Assembly (NCBI GenBank): GCA_950097015.1 | Contig: CATNEN010000025.1 | Span: forward strand, 2,852,001-2,916,000 | Source of the DNA: Macrostomum hystrix | Taxonomy: Eukaryota; Animalia; Platyhelminthes | DNA length: 64,000 bases | Reading direction: 5' to 3' | Shown: positions 1-10,249 of the stretch, piece after piece | How the letters are laid out: every line of letters begins with the position of its first letter | How positions within the stretch are numbered: the first letter of the stretch is position 1 | Translations under genes and position numbers: made by a program | Notes under the pieces: generated by a model | The model's database searches: none | Told to the model about the DNA's origin: nothing | What the model saw: only the letters and a program-made list of their open reading frames with translations

Positions 1-548
1 CGTGTTCCACGAACACTTCTGCCGAAGCCGCGTCGAGTCCAGACTCCGTAGCCTGATTTATCGAGGTGCACCAGCTCGACGAACGGTGGTAGGTTGACCA
101 ACCATTCAGCGAAATCCTGCCTCTTTGCTTTGTTCTCTTCTGTGTTTCATGCCTCGGGAACGTCACCTTCCCTCGAAGGACACTTCATGGTGAAAAGATG
201 TCCATCCAATGATCGTGATATCGTTGAAAGGTCGACACTCTCCAGGGTACCATGAAACTCAGCCAGCAGGGCAGTGCACAGCTGCTGCAACGTGAGAAAC
301 GGGTTGTCCTCCACCGCAGCTAGCAGAAAGTCATTCATAGGCTCGGTGAGCTTTCGATTCTTGGTTCCACCCCTGGGCAGTGCATGGCGTCTCCCTTCCA
401 AATCAAAGGCGTGGCAGATGTTGTACACGGAGGTTCGCTTGATGTCCAGCATTCGAGAAATTTCGCTCACTGGCTCACCTCTTTGCCAGGCTTGAATAAC
501 GAGGTCTCTTTTTTCTCGAGTTATTTTAGCGTACGCAGGATTCTCCAT
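1..548 (-). pseudogene. IS630/Tc1-mariner family transposase, decayed, runs off the window start
   Basis: ORF 147..548 has the N-terminal HTH pattern (KRDLVIQAWQRGEPVSEISRMLDIKRTSVYNI). Reading through its TGA in frame gives NTEENKAKRQDFAEWLVNLPPFVELVHLDKSGYGVWTRRGFGRSVRGT, which is the first DE(S)G catalytic motif mutated to DKSG. Confidence 0.85.
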
Positions 549-830
549 TCTGAGTCTCTTGATTACGAACAGTAAAATGGTGTCAACATGTTTGCGCAGC
601 CAAATTTAAAAGCCTGTTTGTGTTTCTTGGATATAGCCATAGACAAGTGTTTGAATGTCTAAATTGAAAGCCCGCTTGTCTAATTAAAAAACCCGGGTGT
701 GTCTTTCAGAGTTGGCCATAGACAACAGTCGCTGGTTGGAGCAGCAGACAACTCAGTGTCCAATTTAAAAGCCTGCTGTCCCAACTAGACCGCAAAATGC
801 TATAGTTACCTCAATAGTTACATCTGTCAG

Positions 831-2289
831 TTAGCGTGGTGTAATGTTGAATGTGCAATTCTCAAATTTGCAGTTCTCAAAAACGCTCGCCTGGTTGGCA
901 CCAATCGATACGCCCTGGTTAGCTACAATTGACCCAGGCATGCCCAACGCAGTCGTATTTTGTTGCAGTACGATGCATCCAGCAGTCGAACTTGTTCCCG
1001 CGTTGCTGGCGCTCTGACCAGCCGATTCCAGGGTTTGTTCCGCAGTGCCAGAGAGTCGCCCACTGATTGCTCGGGATAGGTTGACTTTTTTGGAGAACTT
1101 CAATCTCTTGTTGTAATGTTCAACGCTCTCCGTTCGTTTGTGACCGGTCACGGCTTGAATCTCGGAAACGCTGACGCCATCCTCCATCAAGTTGGTTACA
1201 ACGGAGGCGCGTATGCAATGATTGGTGTGCGCACGATTGCTCAGTCCCGCCAGCTCACACAATTTCTTCATGAACTCATTAAGCCAGTGTTTGCCGAGTA
1301 CAAAGCTCTTTTGATACCAGAAACCTTCCATGGAAAACCCTCGTTCCAGCGGTTTAGGCCACAGACAACCGACGTCATCAGGTATTTTTGCCAGGTACAT
1401 CTCCATCGCACGAACCGGATACGTATTCGGATCAGTCGGCGTTTCGGCCAAAATGGTCGACTTTCGTGTGGTTGGGTCGTCCGCCGTTACTGTCTTCTCC
1501 ACGGCATCCTTCACCAAGTCGATATATCGAACTCCATCGCATTCGTCAATGCTCACGTTGGCCTTCGTCAATCCCCTCAGCCACTCACAGCCCCTGAAGC
1601 CGAATCCATACACGATTTTAAACAGAACCTCGAATTGTAGACGCGTCGGTGTCGTACGGTCGAAATACACACGCAGCCGATGGAAGTCAGAGTCATCAAT
1701 TGGACAGTACGTAGACGCATTGGCAATAGACGTTTTCTCCCTCAGAGCCGTCATCAGGCATGCCTTGTACGTCCATTCAAACGAAAAAAATTCGGTGTTA
1801 CCTAATTCGCACGTTCCTTGTCTCCAGCACGTACGGATGAACAGACGCCCTGAAGCACACCAGACTTCGGACAGCGTATGGCACGCCTTCCTGAGTCCTC
1901 AGTGACACAAACCACAGCCGCATAGGCACAAAGATAGCGGATCGGCATTGTTTCGATGTTGTCCGGCAGTTTCTGGTCCACCAGATATTTTTTGAAGCGC
2001 TTCACATGGAGAGCGGTTTGATCCGTGGTCGATTTGCGTTTGGCAGCCTCTTCGACGTCTTGCACAGCAGCTTCCTCTTCTTCCGTCAGTTCCCGCAGAA
2101 GCTCGGCATTATTCAGAATGCTTGGATTGGACAGTTCTGCGTCAATCAACTCCTGCTGTCTTACGGTCAGACCGGTCCACTGACTAACTTCTTCACCAGG
2201 ATCACGGTGTCCAAGTTGCTGCAGAAACGTTATTCATTCATTTCTAAACTGCTAATATCTTTCTCTAGCAGTGATTCCCAGTGAATCAT
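831..2289 (-). pseudogene. Crypton (animal CryptonA-like, KCTD1/QRICH1/ZMYM-related) tyrosine recombinase, about 485 aa when three frameshifts are bridged
   Basis: ORF 831..1754 has the YR catalytic set: FGFRGCE (Arg), NHCIR (HxxR), TGHK (His), EHYN (Tyr), plus a C-terminal FENCKFENCTFNI tail. Upstream frames give ...YLCAY/LRLWFVSLRTQEGVPYAVRSLVCFRASVH, the Crypton N-terminal core-binding region, back to an ATG at 2289. Frame changes fall near 2230, 1921 and about 1800-1830. Confidence 0.85.
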
Positions 2290-2371
2290 AGTCAATTTAA
2301 ATTCCTAAAACTTTTAAAACCTTCCTTTTTCTCACCCACCCACCAACAGAATTTGGCTTCAAATTCTATAC

Positions 2372-2472
2372 GGTTTTCAACCATAAACAGTCTCCGCGGA
2401 CAACGAAACCGTCACGAAGCACATAGCTAAAGGCTTTTCAAACTTAGACAGTTTCCACGGACGTGAAACCGC
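2372..2472. repeat. Imperfect ~40-bp direct repeat pair upstream of the Crypton ATG
   Basis: ggttttcaaccataaacagtctccgcggacaacgaaaccg vs ggcttttcaaacttagacagtttccacggacgtgaaaccg. Confidence 0.6.
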
Positions 2473-2743
2473 GTTGTGCGTTCAGCCTACCCATAACACT
2501 AATATATGGTCTCATCGGTCTAGAAAAACTAGTCCAGACTAGGACTTGGTATGCAGAAACATGAAGCCAGTCGAGTCTACCATAGACAGAACTAGGGTAG
2601 CTCAGTCCTAGCTAGTCGCGTCTTATTTTTGGTATGCATAAAAGTTACAACTAGCTAGTCCGGTCTAGAAAAAAACCTAGACTACTCTGGAGCAGGTAGG
2701 ATACTGGCTTTTTCATTGCCCAAGACAGCAAAGATTTACAGAA

Positions 2744-2953
2744 ATGAATATTTTATTAGCTGTTGATTTAGTTCAACAAGACCTCCGTCGGCAGCGCATT
2801 TTTCGTGATCGGTTGGAACCACTTCAACAATTCTCAGAGGTTGAGATCAAAAGACTTTTCCGGTTTGAACCGCGGTCACTAGTTGCACTGGTGGAACTAG
2901 TCGAGACAGATCTTGAAAGAGCAACCCAGCGAAACAAGAGTCTCACTCCCATG
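2744..2953 (+). pseudogene. Harbinger (HARBI1-like) transposase, 5' part
   Basis: RRQRIFRDRLEPLQQFSEVEIKRLFRFEPRSLVALVELVETDLERATQRNKSLTPM matches the HARBI1 N-terminus. It is cut at the LTR insertion. Confidence 0.8.
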
Positions 2954-3171
2954 TGTCATGCCGTAGTCTAATAGCACTCACGTATCGCTTTGCCGGTCAA
3001 TCTAATATGTACATGCATCACTAACTCTCGCTCACTATGTACATGCCCCCCACGCGCACGTTGATCGTATCGGTTGCACGTTGAGGCAAATATATAAATA
3101 CTGTCTCGCCCTACTTGGAGGGCTCACCTTTTTCTTCGCACCTCACACAGCTTGACTCTTGAGCCATTACA
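2954..3171 (+). repeat. 5' LTR (218 bp)
   Basis: Matches 7264-7481 except A3041/G7351. TATA-like tatataaata at 3091-3100. Confidence 0.97.
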
Positions 3172-3192
3172 TTGGCGTCGCAAGGCCGAACC

Positions 3193-6100
3193 ATGGCCTT
3201 CCTACAACTGCCTCCAACAGCCCACTTTAGCATCAGAAACGACCCTCACTCTGTAAGCAAGCGCTGGCAGGAGTGGTCGACCAACCTTCTGCGGTACCTG
3301 GCGGCAACCGGCATCAAAGATGAGACGCAGAAACGCCAGATCCTTCTGTATACGGCAGGCAAAGAAGTGAGCGACCTGTACAACGAGATCGCCACCCAGT
3401 CGCAGCAACAAGAAGGCGAGCCCGCAGCCGAGCCCACGGTCGACCAGCTGATCGCACAGTTCAGCACGCACTTCCAAGGCCGCGATAACGTCGTCTTCAT
3501 TCGATACCAGTTTCGCCACTGTCTCCAGGAAGAAGGCGAATCCATAGACGCTTGGCACAGCAGACTGTGGAGCGCCTCGGAAGCCTGCAAGTTCGAGGGT
3601 CTCCGCCAGTCGCTCATCAGGGACCAAATCGTGGCCAGCTGTCGCAGCGAGTCACTGAGGAAGCGCCTGCTGAATATCCCCAACATCAGCCTGTCGGACA
3701 CTCTCCAGCTGGCCAGGACGCACGAGGCAGCAGAGAAGCAGGCGGCCATCATGACCAGGACAGCGGCAGCCTCTGAGGAAGTGGCGCAACTGCGCCGCCA
3801 GCGCCACCCGCTGCCGGAACCTTCGCGTGAGTCGCAGCAATTTGCTAAGTGCATCCGGTGCGGCGAGCTGGGCCACAAGAGCTGCAGCAGGGCGCAAGGC
3901 AAGCGATGCAGCAGCTGCGGCAAGGCCAACCATCTGGCCAAGGCCTGCCTCAGCAGCCGCTCGAAGATTAACTCACTGCAGCCCGAGCAGGACCAGTCAG
4001 CCGACCAACCACCCAACGAGGTGTTCTGCACGCTCAGCGGCAAGGACGACAGCGCCAAGTTCGTCATCAGAATCAACGGCAGTCCGGTCCGCACACTGAT
4101 CGACAGCGGAGCGAGCTGCAACGTGTTGGACATGGCGACGTTCCACAGAATCTGCCGGCCCGGCACGCCGCTCTGCCGGTCCAGCACCACAGTCTTTGCG
4201 CTTGGTGCCAGCGAGCCACTGAAGACAGCCGGCCAAACAACGCTCACTGTCAGAGCGAACCACCGCAAATTGCAGGCCAATTTCATCGTCATCAGCAGCA
4301 ACTGCACACCGATTCTCGGAAGATCGTCCAGCACAAAGCTCGGCATGCTGAGAGTCGGACCTGAAGTCAGCACGAACTCTGTGGTGGTGGTCAGCCTAGC
4401 TAAGCCGGCCAGCAGTGAGGACCAGCACCTGCCCAAGCAGCTGCAACTTCAGACAATCCTGGCGGAATTCAGCGACTGCTTTCAAGGCATCGGATGCGTG
4501 AAGGGAGTCAGCGTCACTATCAGGCTCAGGCCGGATGCCACTCCAGTCTGCCAGCCGCCATCCCGAGTGCCCGTTCACCTAAGGAATGCTGTAATCAAGG
4601 AGCTGGAAGATCAACTGGCACTGGGAATCGTCGAACGAGTGCGTGGTCCAACAGCCTGGTGCTCCAGGATGGTCGCAGTTCCAAAGGCCGAGCAGGGCGA
4701 GGTTCGCATCACCCAGGACCTCCGCGAGGTGAACAAGTACGTCATCCCAGAGAAGCAGCCTATACCCACATTCGAAGAGGTGACGGACGAGATGGCGGGC
4801 GCGACGTATTTCTCGGAGCTGGACGTCGCCAAAGCCTTCCACCAAATTGAAGTCGCCGAGGAGTCTAGAGACCTGCTAACGTTCTCCTCACCCATCGGGC
4901 TCCTGCGGCTGCGCCGGCTCTGCATGGGCTTCACATCCGCCTCCGAGATCCTCCAGCGGGTGATGACCTCCGTCCTGAGTGGCCTCCCCGGCGTCCGCTG
5001 GGTGCACGACGACATCCTGGTGTACGCGAAAAACATTGAAGAGCACAACCAGCGCCTGCGAGACTGCCTGGCCCGGTTGAAGGCTAGCAACATCACGTTG
5101 AGCCGCTTCGCTCGACCAGAGGTCGACTTTCTCGCCATGCGGCTCTCTGCATGCGGCATTCACCCAAGCGCCGAGAAAGTAGCGGCCATCAACAACTTTA
5201 AGCGGCCGACCAACGCAACCGAGGTGCGCTCCTTCCTCGGCCTCGTCACCTTCGTGGCGCGCTTCATCAGCAACCTGTCTGACAGGGCCCGGCCACTCCG
5301 CGAGCTGACAAGGCAGACCGCCGAGTGGACGTGGGGCGAAAAGCAAGAGGCCGCATTCAACGACATCAAACAGACGATCGCCAGCAGCCACGCGCTGGCA
5401 TTCTTCAATAGTGAGCTGCAGACTCAGCTGATCGTGGACGCCAGCCCCACGGGTGTCGGCGCCATCCTTGCCCAAGTCCAGCCAGACGGATCGACGCGGC
5501 CGGTGGCATACGCGAGCCGCAGCCTCAGCCCGACCGAGCAGCGCTACTCCCAGACGGAGCGAGAGGCCCTCGCGGTGAAGTACGGCGGCCTGAAGTTCTA
5601 CCACTACCTCAGCGGGGGTGGCAGTTTCAAGGTCATCACCGACCACAAGCCGCTGATATCCCTGTTCAGCACGGGGTCTCGGCCGCCACCCCGCATTGAG
5701 CGCATGGCGCTGCGACTGCAAGACCTTGTCTTTCGGGTCGTGTACCAGCCCGGCGCCGGCAACCCGTCTGACGTCCTGAGCCGCCAGCCGCTGTCAATGC
5801 CACCAAACAACGTCGGCGAGCAGGCGGACGCGATCTACGTGGCCACGGCAGTCCAAGCTGCCACTCCGGTGTCCATCAGCCTGGGCACAATCAAGGCGGC
5901 CTCCGAACGAGACGGCATGGTACAAGCAGCGCTACACGCCATCCGCGGCCACCAATGGGACAAGAGTGACACGTGCCTGCAGGGACTCCATGGCGTATCC
6001 CACGAACTATCCGAGCTGAACGGCCTGCTGCTGCGCGGCAGTCAGCTGTACATGCCGACGACTCTGCGATACCGGTGCATGCAGCTGGCCCACCAGGGAC

Positions 6101-7148
6101 ACCAGGGCGTCAAAAAAACGCTCGACCGCTTGCAAGCGAAGGTCTGGTGGCCAGGCATCCGTGGAGGCGCACGTAGCAGCCTGCACCAGCTGCCTGACCT
6201 GCACCAGCGAGACCTCGCCGAAAGCCGCGCCGCTAAAGCCGACCGAACTGCCGGAGGGCCCCTGGCTCGAGCTGGGGCTCGACTTCCTCGGACCGATAAA
6301 CGCTGCTCGTCTGTACGGACCACTTCTCCAGGTTCCCGCTCGTGGAGGTCATGGCCAGCACCACCGCCTCCGCCGTCATCAACGTGCTACGCCGGTGGTT
6401 TAGCATCTTCGGGCAGCCGACAAAGGTGACCACAGACAATGGCCCACCCTTCGCATCGGCCGAGTTCAGCAGCTTCCTGATGGATCAGGGCGCACGGCAC
6501 CATCGGATCACGCCTCTCTACCCTCAGGCCAACGGCGCAACGGAGCGGTGCAATCAAGGGCTGAACAAGGCTATCCGCGCAGCGATCGTCGAAGGCAGGG
6601 ACTGGACACTGGCCCTGGACGAGTACCTGGCAGCGTACAGACGCACTCAGCACTGCTCCACGGGCGTCGCGCCGGCCAGTCTGTTATTTGGCAGGCAGAT
6701 CAACGATGTGATCCCGAGTCTCCGACACTCGCAGCCCGTCGACGCGACTCGAGCGGCCATTGCCGACAGCGACAGACAGGCCAAGGAGGCTATGAAGCGG
6801 CACGCCGACCGACGCTTCAGAGCCGCCGACCACGGCATTCGCGCCGGCGACCGCGTCCTCAGGCGCCAGCAGTCCCGGCAAAAGACCGACGCCTTCTACG
6901 AGTCGGCGCCGTGGACCGTGGCCGAGGTGCAAGGCGACTCCCTGCTCATGCAGCGCGACGACGTCGTCTGCCGCAGGCACGCCACGCAGGTCAAGCGGCT
7001 GCCCGGGCAGCCTGAGCAGTCCGATCAGCAGCCGCTCGAACCTCCCGACGCCCCTGAGCTCGCGGAGCCAGTCGCAGCCCGGCTCCACCCCCGGCGGGCG
7101 AAGGACCCAGAGAGGAACTACAGAGAACCCGACCTGCGCAGAAGCTGA
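3193..7148 (+). CDS. Gypsy gag-pol polyprotein with two frameshifts in the integrase region (about 6160 and 6310)
   Basis: Two CCHC-type knuckles (CIRCGELGHKSC, CSSCGKANHLAKAC); protease LIDSGA; RT ELDVAKAFHQI and VHDD; RNase H VDASPTGVGA; integrase HQGH...CTSC, LDFLGP, VCTDHFSR, TDNG and GATER spread over three frames. Confidence 0.92.
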
Positions 7149-7263
7149 ATTGCTTGATTGACAGACTAAAGTTACAAGGACTGTTCTAAAAACAATTATA
7201 TTGTTGCCTGCTACTACTTCTTTCATTTTATTCCCTATAATTTTTCATCCACTTGAGGAGGAC

Positions 7264-7481
7264 TGTCATGCCGTAGTCTAATAGCACTCACGTATCGCTT
7301 TGCCGGTCAATCTAATATGTACATGCATCACTAACTCTCGCTCACTATGTGCATGCCCCCCACGCGCACGTTGATCGTATCGGTTGCACGTTGAGGCAAA
7401 TATATAAATACTGTCTCGCCCTACTTGGAGGGCTCACCTTTTTCTTCGCACCTCACACAGCTTGACTCTTGAGCCATTACA
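7264..7481 (+). repeat. 3' LTR (218 bp)
   Basis: 217/218 identical to the 5' LTR. Confidence 0.97.
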
Positions 7482-7486
7482 CCATG

Positions 7487-7545
7487 CTGCAACTGTGCTT
7501 GACACTGTCTTATCTTGGCACTGGCAGCTTTCAGCAGAACTTGTT
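7487..7545 (+). pseudogene. Harbinger transposase, continuation after the LTR insertion, then truncated before the DDE domain
   Basis: Joined in frame across the TSD it reads ...SLTPM|LQLCLTLSYLGTGSFQQN, which is the conserved xGSFQ motif of HARBI1. Confidence 0.75.
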
Positions 7546-8243
7546 TGCTGAAAATTTAGAGCAAGTTCTAGAGGCTCTCTGTTGTCGCTGACATGACGCA
7601 ACAGATCTCTGATCTCCCTCAATACGTCGATCTTCTCACGTTCTAGAGCAAGCTTCTCTTCCTTAAGCTTCAGCTTCTTATGTTCAAACTCTACGAGCTT
7701 CTCGGCGAAGTTACTGTCCACAGCCTTCTTCTTTTGGGGACAGCCGATATACTCCGAACCCGATGAACGTCGAGATGGTTCTTCGAGTACGACGTTGTCC
7801 GACTGTAGATTGTTCGAGCTTGTCTGTGGCATTGATTGATGCCGTCGATCTGCTGATGCCCCAGTCGGTGACGATGGCCTCGAATTGTTCTTCTCCGTCA
7901 GCCCGACGCTCAATCCAGACGAAAGTGGCGTCAGTTGTGGGTTGTCTTCACCAATTATTGCCAGTGCCTTCAAATCATTCGACGACATTTTTGGAGACGG
8001 TCCACCTCCAGTCTTCTTGGCACTTTTCTCCTTGATTCGCTGAACAATGTTCTTCCATCGTTTTTGCACCTTATCAACAGAGTAACTAGTATTGCACTGC
8101 TCGTTGACTCGCGATTTAACATCTTCCCATGCGTTTGCTCGTCGTTTTCGACAGGCAGGCGTTTGACCCTTCGAAAAAATTGCAGTCGAATGCCCTTGGA
8201 GGGCATCAAGAAGAATGTTTTCGTAATCGTTTGCTGGCGACAT
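7545..8243 (-). CDS. Harbinger-associated Myb/SANT (MSANTD/MADF-like) DNA-binding protein
   Basis: ILLDALQGHSTAIFSK...RRANAWEDVKSRVNE...YSVDKVQKRWKNI...KKTGGGP and a C-terminal coiled coil (EHKKLKLKEEKLALEREKIDVLREI). The ORF as called (7434..8288) runs on into antisense transposase and LTR sequence. Confidence 0.85.
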
Positions 8244-8580
8244 TCCAGACGTATGCAAGGCAGATAGAAATATGAATACGATGGCCAATAAAGTAATAAG
8301 CCAGCTAGGCGCTTGAATGTGCCCCGTCTTTCCCCACCCATAGAAGGACCATAGACAACGTGGAATCCGTTAAGGATTTGGCCCTTAAGTTTGGCGCTCG
8401 GTCTAGCCCAGACTGGTCTAGCCTAGACTCATCATGGTAGTCGTGACTAGCTTTTATGCATACCGATTTCAAGACAATAGACCAAACTACCCAGTCCAGA
8501 CTAGCTAGACTGGGCTAGGCTTTCTGCATACGGGCCATAGAAGTCACAACAGTCTGCAACATAAGCATACTCTGAACGCG

Positions 8581-9305
8581 ATGCCGCCTCGTGGTCATTA
8601 CTCGCGCATATCGGCTGTTGACAGACAGAGGCTGATTGCAGCCTACCAGAATGATGCCGACTGGTGACACCTAGCGCGCATGCTTGGCATCAAGCGCCAG
8701 ACAGCAGCCAACATCGTCTGCAATTTTATTGCGCATGACCGAGCAGCCCCACTTCCAAAGGGTGGCGACAAGAGGCGTCGACTGACGGAAGGAATGATTG
8801 AGGAGATCGTCGACTTCCTGGGATCGCGCCCGACAGCGACGCTGAATCAGATGCAGCTGCGCCTACAGCAGAGTTTTCCCGACGTCGCCATTATATCGCA
8901 ATCGGGCATCAGTCGGGGGTTGGATGGTCGTCTCGTCACGCTAAAGTTGGCAAGGGTCAATCCGGTAGAGTGGAACGAGCCCGTGACTAAGGAGGCTCGG
9001 CGCATGCAGAATGGATGCTGACTGAGGGAGTGCAGCAGCATACGATCTGGCTCGACGAGTTCGGCGTCAACTTGTGGACGACACGCAGCCAAGGTTGGGC
9101 GCGGCGCGGACAGCGAGCTGTGTCAGTTGTGAATGGCCAACGCGGTCAGAATCTGACAATCTGCTTGGCAATCTCGTCTGTGCACGGCCTCGTGCACTAC
9201 ACGACAGTTGTCGGCGGCTTCAAGAACGATAAGTGTCGACAGTGGGTGAACCACAGTCTGACCTACATGCAGCGTTGCCTCGAGGCAGCTGACATTTGCG
9301 AGTGA
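8581..9305 (+). pseudogene. IS630/Tc1-mariner transposase, decayed and truncated
   Basis: MPPRGHYSRISAVDRQRLIAAY... with an in-frame TGA at 8665-8667 and a frameshift near 9010. It continues IWLDEFGVNLWTTRSQGWARRGQRA, but the second D and the E are not found. Confidence 0.85.
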
Positions 9306-9770
9306 CGTTTTGACATCATCATGTTGACTCCTTTTCAGTCAGTCTGATTGTTTTACCAAGTTAACATTTTTCCTATTGGTGCTTGCACCTCTTTGTCTGT
9401 TTGTCTGTATGGCTCATGTTCTTCTGCGTTCATATCGTAGCTTTTAAATGGCCGAAATTGCTCGCAAAGGGGCCCAAATTGGTTGCCAAATTCAGAAGCA
9501 AATGCAATCTTTCTCTATGGCACAGAGTGCCTGCTTTCGTCTCGCTCACCACTGCCTGCGCTGCCCAAATGGCTCGCAAGAAAGCCCAAATAGAACGCAA
9601 AAAGGTATATATTCCTAAAGCAGTTCTGCCCGCAAAATCAAGCAGGAATGTATAATTCTTATTAGAGCCATTCTAACCATAGACAAAATTCATATTAAGA
9701 ATAAAGTGTGGAGGGAGGAAAGAGAGAGGGGGTTAAAAATAAATCAAATACATATAAATAAATTGTTTGC

Positions 9771-9932
9771 GTGCAGGAATGGAGAGTGTCATTCCTGCAT
9801 GATGTCCATGTGTAAAACAGTGGAGATTTGGCCATAGATAATTTCATTCCTGCACGATGTCCATGTGTAAAACAGTGGAGATTTGGCCATAGATTATTTC
9901 ATTCCTGCACGACTGCCTTCATTCCCGCACGC
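9771..9932. repeat. 55-bp tandem repeat (2 copies plus a partial) with a recurring CATTCC(T/C)GCA motif
   Basis: The motif occurs at 9790, 9845, 9900 and about 9920, and inverted at about 9772. Confidence 0.75.
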
Positions 9933-10249
9933 TGGCTCAAATAAGAATGAAGTGTCCCGTCCTTCTTCTTCTAGGGTCCTTGATTTGATCGCACTATAGC
10001 ACTATAAGTTGTCGAACACAAGTGCTGTCTATGGCTTAAAGTATGGAGACTTAGCTGCCTTTCGTTTGAAAAAAATATGTTTAGCCACGATTTTTCGGAA
10101 CAACCCTCAGAACGCATAAATCCTAACAGAAGAAGCTGAAGAGCCAAAGAGATTTGTTGACAAAGTTCTGCCCCTCCTTCTGGCTTAGATCGGCTATCTA
10201 TATCGAAGTAGTTGGCGCCGTCAATCACTAAGCAGAAGAAATCTCTGAA

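Larger units (their letters stand above)
716..2495 (-). mobile_element. Putative Crypton element; boundaries tentative
   Basis: The YR gene is bracketed by CCATA (TATGG on the coding strand) at 716-720 and 2491-2495. Cryptons lack TIRs and TSDs and end in short direct repeats. The exact termini are inferred. Confidence 0.4.
2954..7481 (+). mobile_element. Ty3/Gypsy LTR retrotransposon, full length (4528 bp)
   Basis: TG...CA LTRs. 5-bp TSD CCATG at 2949-2953 and 7482-7486. PBS-like TGGCGTCGC at 3173. Short purine tract GAGGAGGA at 7255-7262. Domain order is gag-PR-RT-RH-IN. Confidence 0.97.
2507..8537 (+). mobile_element. PIF/Harbinger DNA transposon, internally deleted and interrupted by a Gypsy element
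   Basis: Convergent HARBI1-like transposase start and Myb/SANT gene. Inverted subterminal motifs: ggtatgcagaaa (2548) matches tttctgcatacg (8521), and ggtatgcataaaag (2631) matches cttttatgcatacc (8451). Many ctag-rich repeats occur at both ends. The left terminus is uncertain (2507-2542). Confidence 0.75.

Noticed and set aside
3202-7226. Long antisense or alternative-frame ORFs over the Gypsy, Crypton and Helitron genes (for example 3246..4436, 4888..5721, 26523..27425)
   Set aside because: Expected shadows of GC-rich, codon-biased coding sequence; no recognisable motifs.
1-9305. Fanzor/TnpB nuclease associated with the IS630, Crypton or Helitron elements
   Set aside because: No ORF with a RuvC D-x-G motif plus zinc-finger pattern was seen anywhere in the window.
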